Notes under the pieces: model-generated
Told to the model about the DNA's origin: nothing
Databases searched by the model: none
Seen by the model: the letters and a program-made list of their open reading frames with translations, nothing else
Shown: in pieces, positions 25,501-34,500 of the stretch
Numbering within the stretch: position 1 is the first letter of the stretch
Layout: every line of letters begins with the position of its first letter
From: Botryllus schlosseri
Taxonomy: Eukaryota
DNA length: 64,000 bases
NCBI GenBank assembly: GCA_051294905.1
Contig: CM119372.1
Location: 32,924,001-32,988,000, forward strand
Direction of reading: 5' to 3'
Made by a program: the position numbers and the translations under genes

Positions 25501-28500
25501 CTTCAATATGAATCCGCATCTATCGACTTGTAACACGTGTCGGAATTTCACTTGTGGTGTGCGAACTTGATCGTTTTCATTTTCTGCATTTGGCCTTCAT
25601 TAGAAACCGTCGACACCCCTGGTCTACATCTATGACCTGGTATGATATCATAAAAATTTCTGGTGTTGTTCAGATGCGGACCCGTGCGCGGATGTACTTT
25701 GTCGAAAGAATTCACACTGCGTCAGAGGGCAATGTCACTGCGACCGTGGTTACCTGGCCAGGGGAAATGAATGTGTCCGTGAGTCTCATTCCCGAGGTTG
25801 TAATGACTCAATTCGAATCGCGGTCTTATCGTGACTCGACATGACTCGAGTCATTTTCGTAAAATACGGAAACTAAAAGCTACTCGATTTGAGTCAATGT
25901 GTGTGTTGAATCGACTTGCGCTCGAATCATAGCACATGCCCCGACCAAATCATATGACCCGGACTCGGACGATCAAGACAGACATTTCTCTGTAACTTCG
26001 AAGAAGAATAAAGTTCCCACATTATTCGAATTTTGTCTGTCAGTACTGGTACTTGGAAAATAGGGCCAAAATTCGTATATCATGAATACGATGCATTCGA
26101 TATTATTAAGGCAGAGTTGTAAGAAGTGTCTTGATCATGACCTGAACTCGAAACTCAACACTAGGGTTGTTCAAAAAAAACTTTTTTTTCCAAATCTCAC
26201 TCGCCTACTGACTAAATCGTCAGGTTGTCCAAGAAAACGATGCACACCAAATTTGACTCAATTCCAACCAGTCATGGCCGTGCAATCTTGAATTGAAATT
26301 TTTAATTTATTAAAAAAATTAAAAAAAAAAATTTCTCAAATTTTTCTGTCAACCCCATGAAATTGTTGAGCTGTCTTCAAAGACGATGCAAAACAAATTT
26401 TAGTCAATTCCGACTAGTAGAAGCGGAGCTATTTGAGTTTTTCGTTGATAATCCCCGGCTCAAGGATAATCCGAGAAATATCAACGAAAAACGCGAATAA
26501 CTCCGCTTCTACTGGTCGGAATTGACTCAAATTTGTTTTGCATCGTCTTTGAAGACAGCTCAACAATTTCATGGGGTTGACAGAAAAATTAGATTTTTTT
26601 TTTTTTTTTAATAAATTAAAAATTTCAATTCAAGATTGCACGGCCGTGACTGGTTAGAATTGAGTCAAATTTGGTGTGCATCGTTTTCTTGGACAACCTG
26701 ACGATTTAGTCAGTAGGCGAGTGAGATTTGGAAAAAAAAGTTTTTTTTTAACAACCCTACTGAACACTGTGCTATATTTTGAGAGCTGACTAATCAAGTA
26801 AGTACATTTCAAAAGATGTTGGCGATTTGCAAGTTTCGAATATATATTCAGTTATCTTGATACGGGCATTTGTGATGGATTTGACTTATAACTGTCATGC
26901 AAACATGTAACAATAGTAGGCCTACTTTCAATCTTGGTGTAAAACGTCTGTAGTTTTGCCGTCAACATTCTGAAGTGGAAATGGTGAAAAAACATACCCA
27001 CGAAAGTAATGCATGTATGCAAAGCCTACGGAGTAGAAGTACATCATAGCAGGGTCACCTCTGGACGTATTTCTAGGCTTCGAATTTCGCCAGCTGAAGT
27101 TACGCTCAATATCGGACATATTTCTATTTGAAGCCACACAAAATGCCGAACTCCCTCACCCCCTGGCCCCATCCCCCCGTGAATGTAACCGCGAATGCAG
27201 AATATGTAACAAAAAGAAAATATCAGCTGTTGGTCAGTGGTGAGCGGATATTGCTTTCTGAGAATCCGAATTCGTCCGACAGCTTTAGTCACTGAGGGAC
27301 AATCCATCCGATTACAAAATCTGGTTTGAATAACTTTTCCGAAGATTCCGAATTGTACAGCTTAGTTATGATGCCTTTGAAAGGTGTTAGCTGGTTTATA
27401 TTTGTTTGTAGTTTTGGCAGAACCGCTTTAAAGTGCTACCAGTCCTGTCACAAGGTGTTCACTGTTCACTGTCCGTGTTTTTTTGTCGAGCGAACGATTT
27501 ATTCTCTTGGCTTGTGAGAGCAAAAGTCACGTCTGGCCAGAACTATCCAAAAATATCCCAAACAAAAGTTACAGCGATATGAAAACATCCGAAATAATAT
27601 CAGCAATAGAATCCGAATCCAATCCACTGTCACATAATCCGGTCCAAGTCCGGTCAATGCTCATCACTGCTGTTGGAGTTATCCGTGACATTTAATACGC
27701 TATTTACAGATAGTGACCCGTGCTACCAAGTAAAATGCTCAGCAAACTCCCACTGTGTTGGCGGACATTGCCAATGCATGGACGGCTACGTACGAAGACA
27801 CAACAAATGCGAAAGTAAGTCATCCGGATTACCTGAAAGCTGTTATTTCACCAGCTTAAATTACGACCCATGCTAGACATCTTTCTTTTTGAAGCCACAC
27901 AAAAAGCCGAACTCCCTCAACACCCCTAGTGAATGTAACCACAAATGCATAATAAGTAACGCAAAGCAAGCGTCAGCTGTTGGTGGCAACCGTGACACTT
28001 GTCACGCTATTTACAGATAGTGACCCGTGCTACCACGTCAAATGCGCTGCAAACTCCCACTGCGTTGCCGGACAATGCCAATGTATGGACGGCTACGTAC
28101 GAAGACACAACAAATGCGAAAGTAAGTCATCCGGATTACCGGAGACATGTTATTTCACTCAACCATTTGCTCAACTGCAGAAGACGACCCGTGCTACGAT
28201 GTCAGATGTCCAAATTTAGCATCATGCAAAGACGGCCAATGCTATTGCAGAGACGGATATATCAACGATGGACACGGTAAATGTACATGTAAGTTGAGAT
28301 TGCTCTGTTGTGAAAGATTGTATCATTGGAAATCGACTGTACATGATGTGATTTATTTCAGCGGCTGATCAATGTCCGAGAAAGCCTTGCCCTCCCAATT
28401 CAGTGTGCCAGCAAGGGATATGTGTCTGTTACCCAGGATTCGTTGCTTGGGAAAAACGCTGTATACAGCAAAGTGAGTGCAATGTCGATCCGGACCTAAG

Positions 28501-31500
28501 TCACATCAGCTATAGGTCACGGACTACATGTTCTCGGAGTTACAGTAAGGATAATATGTTCTCGTATCCGATATTAAGGCTATCGGCGATGACATTTTAT
28601 GAGATCACTAGGATGAAAGTGGTGTTCGTGGTTCATAAAGTCGAAGGAACATTGTTGCTACGGCTGGGCAAATTTGTGTACCTGGCTACCTGATTACCTG
28701 CCTATTTCAAAGACAAGCAGAAATGTAGAAAATTACATGAGTAAGTAGTTGTGGCAAGTTGATGGGAAAAGGCACCGTATATTCGTTCGTGGATCGCCAG
28801 TGTCAATGTCCGCGACTAAGGGGCAGAGGGGGTCAGGAACAAAGTATTTTTACTTTTTTGAAGTACTCAATTAGTTTTCGCTACTTGGATACTTACTCAA
28901 GTAGATCTTATTTCCTGCTACTTCAACTTCGTAATATTTTGTGATCTACTTACTTACTTTTCGCTATTTTCAGTTTGTCAAGTAGTAGAAGTAGTTTATT
29001 CCTCCAATCAGGAAGATAGCCTGAAGAATTTCACGGCTGTTTTCACGGAGTATCAACAATGAATTTTTGTAAAAGTTGAACCACCGTGTTTTTTATTAAC
29101 GTTTACTAATCGCGCAAAGTGTTTATATCGTATCTGATGCAACTTCTGCGTATTGCTCTTCGACTAAACTACGGGCCTTATAATGTGGGGAATGGCGCCA
29201 TACCATATTTTTTTTCTAAAACGGGCTGTTCGAGTAAACAGTGGAATAATATCACATTTCCCTATCAATTCTATCATTTTCATGCCATGATGCGGACGAA
29301 TGCTTATGCTATCGAAAATTGGATACCTCCTGGTATGCATCAATATGAATCAAGCTCTGGACCTTTCGCATAGCTCAATTAGCAACTTTTGACAATCAAT
29401 GCGAACAAATTACGATCGTTTTCACAACTACTTATTTACTTGAGTAGATTAAGTATCAGTCAATTCTACTTCTACTTCAAATAGTTTTAGGTTCCTCATG
29501 GAAGAAGTACTTCTACTCGTACTAAAGTAGTTTTTTCCTCGATACATCTACTTCTACATGAGTAGTTTTCTTGACTAATTTGACCAACTCTGCTAAGGGG
29601 AATGCTCAGTGCTACCTCAAACAAGAAAACTTGAAGTTGTGATCGCCATGTCGCAGTGGCGTATCCAAGGGGGGGTTAGGGGGTCGGAACCTCCCCTTTT
29701 CAAAATCCTAAGAATTATGTCAAATATAGCCTCTATTATTGCTAATTTATTAGTTCAACATAGTCGTTTTTTCGTATGATAGGGCGATTATGGCGCCTTA
29801 ATGTTATTTAGGAGGTCTAAAACCCCTACAAAGTTTTTGAATTATGCGCCGAATTAATCGAAAGGATAAAAAAGTTATATTTCGCTAATTTTTACGCATT
29901 CTGCGCTTGTTCAGCTACATTTCAGCTATGGCAGTTGCTGCCGTTCTCAATTTTCTCCCCTCGATTTCTCTCTCGCCTTGCAAAAACGAGAGACGCGATA
30001 TGTAATTAGAATTAAACCAAGATCAAGTTGTCGGCAATCAACATCACCCGCGAATTCGCTGCACCTGCTCGCATTGAAATCATAATCAAGGATTGCACGG
30101 TGTACTGAAAACGTACAACGACCTTATCGCAAGTTTGGTTTTCATTAACTAAATGAAGACTCAAGCAACTTAACGCGACACACAAAAACACCCAATATAT
30201 AGGGAGGGTAAGATGCGGGTAATAATCAACACAAATGATGAGATCACGAAGAAACAATAAACACCACACACGGCGTGTTGATTGATCAGCGAGACGCAGA
30301 CATGGCGACACCAGTAAGACAATGCTGTTCTCAAATCCACATTGTCTTCGCGATTATCGGCGAGAAATGGCCTACAATTGACATTCACATTTCAAAATGC
30401 ATAAGCCTAGCGATCCACGTTCTCGAATATTAGGTGGCTTGCTGTCGTTAAAATACCGGCCTATGTTGCTGCTGAACGGGAGAATTGAGTAGGCCTAGTA
30501 GTAAAGCTAACCTAATGATATCGACTGGCAAGTTTCTCTGTTGCTCGAGTCATTATCCCAGTGTGTAGTCAGTAGTAATTGACTGACTTGAGTGCTAGCA
30601 ATTAAGGTCTAATTATCTTCGCGCGTACTACGCGCTCAGCCGTACCGCTAGTAACGCCATCGAAAAGCACACATTCGTGCACCCTGCACAGTGCACTGCA
30701 CACCTCTGTGTGGCGATCGCCCTCGTTTATGCGATCGCCGTATCCCGCGTTTGTTCGTCCGCTGCGATACTACAGGCTGTGCGCATCATATAGTCAAAAC
30801 CTAACAAAATCGCGTATCTCTGGCCGGAACCTGGCGTTTGGGGACGGGCGGCGTTTGCCGGCTCATGACTAAATGTGATAATTTACGAATTTCTTTCAGT
30901 CATACCCGATAAACGCAGTTTTCAGGCATTGTCGTATTAATATATCATTTCCCACTCACCGCATTTTTTTTTTATCGTTGAACTTCAATATATCGTACAA
31001 ATTCGCCACGGAGCTTAGACGAATGATCATAATGATGGCGTCATTATGGTCAATTGTGTAACGGAACCCCCTCCCCTTTTTTGCGTTCTAGATAGACGCC
31101 TGTCCTGTCGGTATGATGACTTCATTCACAAACCTTCCACATAAAAAACCAGCGGTTTGACCTTGAAATCTGACAAAGTAGAATGGTAGTAGTCTTCAAA
31201 AATATACGCTTGATGAAGTCGAACAAATGCTGGTCGATACCCTCTTGAGTATTTCCGAACATACCGTATGTCGCAAAAAGAGGCCGGCAACTCTAGAAAA
31301 GTGTTACAACAACTATGATGTCCGTCAAGACTATCTTCTGTATGACAGCAATTTACCCAATATAATTTTGGCAGTTAATTGGAGGTGGCTATTTTAATAA
31401 TTTCGAGATGTATCGTTACGAATAACGCAAAATGACCAATGTTATTATTAGAATTGTAAAAAGTAGTAGAGGCTCTTATCTCCCGGAAGGATCTGGTGCG

Positions 31501-34500
31501 TCACCGTCTGTAATTACCGAGACCCCCAGACCCCCCTCCGACTATACGCTGTTTACATTGGGTTTACGCTGTTTCTTCATTAGATGTCCGTTGAGTGAGT
31601 CAGCTTTGCTTACCTAATCGCGCCAAAGCGAGAAATATTTATAATTCGTGACTGAATCGGTCAATATGATCGGTGTTGCTTATATATTGCTATCAATTTT
31701 TATCCTCGCTCTGCTCCCGTAATCTGGTATACCGGTACAGCTGAGTAAGGTGTGCTTGAAAAGGTAGGACCCCTCAATAATAATTGAACATCTCCGGGTG
31801 TATAGTAGTATACCTGTTGGCAGGAACGAAACAGCACTTCGTCAGGCCCCCCAAAAAAACTTGAGTCTTGGGCTCCCATAGGGTGAGAAACCGACCCCCC
31901 CCCCCCCCCATCACGTTGCTCGCTTTTGCCACGAAATTACAGTGGTACTGTTCAGTTAGCCAGCGCTAAGCGCGAAAATCTTTGATAATTAATGATAAAA
32001 TCGGTCAATAAGATCGGGAGTTGAATATATATTGCTCTCAATTTCTTGTCCTCTCTACTCACGTAATCAGATTTACCGATAGAGCTGAGTGAGGTGTCTT
32101 TGAAACTGTTGAGCCCGTAAATAATAGCCTATTAAACGTCTTCTGACGGGCGGACTCGTTGGTATGACTTCGTTACATGATGTTATTTCGTGACCTCCTG
32201 TCTGCTATATCAAAAAATATAGAATCGCCCAAACGTACTAAACTAAAAGATCACACTATTTCAAATTGGTAATTCTTCACTGGTATCTAATTTTCTACTG
32301 CGGGATCGTATTTGTCTTGTGAGGTTCAGATTACCGAGACAGAAACATTCGGCACCAGTCATTTAGGCGCCTATGGACAAATAAACCTATCTCTATTTCG
32401 TACATAAAACGGAGTTTTCGGTCACCATAAGGGCAGTCCTTTTTTGCCAAGGTTTCTCGCTGCCGATCGTTCTGACACTCTTCTTGGAGTCGCGTGTTAC
32501 ATGGCGTAAAACTGTATATGTCTTTGTGCGTCGTGGCGCGGTAATGCCCATTTTTATAAATCTTGCGTATTTTACCTTGGGGGAAGAGTGCCCAATAATC
32601 ATAACATATGGCGACTTGAAATCGCGCGCAGCGCGCAAAATTTTTGAAGAAGTTGCCTAAATTTTTGAAAAATACTCTATAATTTATGCTATTTCACCAA
32701 AAAATTTGGGGCTCTCTTCGAGCTCGCCCCCGCCCAATTGGGGGGTTTGGGGTGCGGCAGTTACGGCCCTGGGTATTAGTTACTTTGAAACATAATTCAT
32801 CTTCGGCTATATACGAATCCAAATTAGGTAGTCTACTAGATGATATCACAAATTCGGCCGCAGGGGTTAATAGCTCGGGCTGTGCCAAACAAAATGACTA
32901 ATATCACCACAAACAGGTCAATCTGCAACAGTAGGCTATATTCAGTTGACCTTGATATAAGGAATATTTCACGTGGATGTTAAGACAGTCTCATTCGTAA
33001 AAGAGACTCAAACGCATCACCAAACTGTTCTCTACTGTTTAAACCAGAGTGTAAAAAGGAAACAGTTAGCCTAAAAAAACTTGGCTAACTGTCAAGTATA
33101 GGAGTGTAAGTAGTCTAAAACCATGACCACTTGATTAAGTAGTGCAAATTGGCAAGACCTACTTTGACTCCGAAAAAGTAGAATCACTTAGTTACTGGAC
33201 ACCTCTGGATGAAGTTATCTGAGAATCATATAATAGTTATGTTAGTATAGTAACGAATGCTTCGAATATACGCAGTTACGTACTCAAGCCTAAGCCGACC
33301 GCCATGTTTACGTTTCAGGCATTCCATCTTATGGTAGTGGTCCTGGATATGGACAGGGTGCGGGAATGGGCTATGGTCCGGGATACGGTGGCGCTTCTGG
33401 TGGTTATGGATATGGGAGTTGCCAGGGATTTTGCGGATCAGTTACGGGATCGTGTTCCTGCCAGGCGGCCTGTCTAAATTCGAATACCTGCTGCAGTGAT
33501 TTCAGTCTGCACTGTGAGTTCCTTACTGTTATACGCTGTACTTCGTAGGGAATTATATGGAAGCTTGACTCTGGAATTCCGGCCTGTGAAACGTTTGTCT
33601 TGACCCCTCATGGCCAATCGCAGCAGCTGGGCTATGAGTTGAAAAAGCCTAGTGCAAAAACGGTCTGTGGTACTTTTAGTTAGCAGGAAAACACGGCAAC
33701 TCAACGGGTGTAATATCGATCGCCAAGAGTGATCAAGTCGTACCAACGTCAAGTTGATCATGTATCTCCGTTGGACATTGTCCAGAGCTCGAAGAGCGTT
33801 GTCAAGAAATGACCAGTTTTCAAGACTTCATAGCTTTCAGTCAGTGCATTTCAAAAACATCTGTTTCCAGAACGTTTCTCTGAACTGATGTGTAAACAAT
33901 TGGGTCACAACCCAATTTCCGATTTGAAAATGTTCCACTAAAAAAGGCCAGCACTATCGCTCAAACCTAACCACGTCCCATTTGGGAAGCTGCTTCCTGA
34001 AAAAGTCAGGACCTCGTGGCCTCCAGAAAAAAGGTTGAACCTTGTATATCCCTGAAACGAGGGTTGCATACAAAACAATCATCAACTTGAAACAAACATT
34101 TGTTAAATCGCCATTGTTTAAAACAAGTTTTTTATTGTTTCATTTGATTTTTTGTAACCATGACTTCACGAATCTTTATTTGTGACGTCACAACGAATTG
34201 ACATTGCCAAGTCATAATTTAGGGAGAATATGACTCTTTAGAGCAGTGGTTCCCAACGTGGGCGATATCGCCCCCCAGGGGGCGATTTGGCGGTCCAGGG
34301 GGGCGAAAATAACGAAGGGGGCGATAGGGGGGCGAAAACGGACGAAGGGGGCGATAGGGGGGCGATGGCACGGTAAGACGGCTATATTGGAGTCGGGACC
34401 GTAACTACCGCACCCCAAACCCCCCAATTGGGGGTGGGGGCCCAAACTCGAATGAGGCCTAAATTACTTCGTGAATTAACATAAATTGTGGAGTAATTTC

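Noticed and set aside
25243..25551. 102-aa minus-strand ORF, possibly a LINE 3' remnant
   Set aside because: No diagnostic motif; intronic and unsupported
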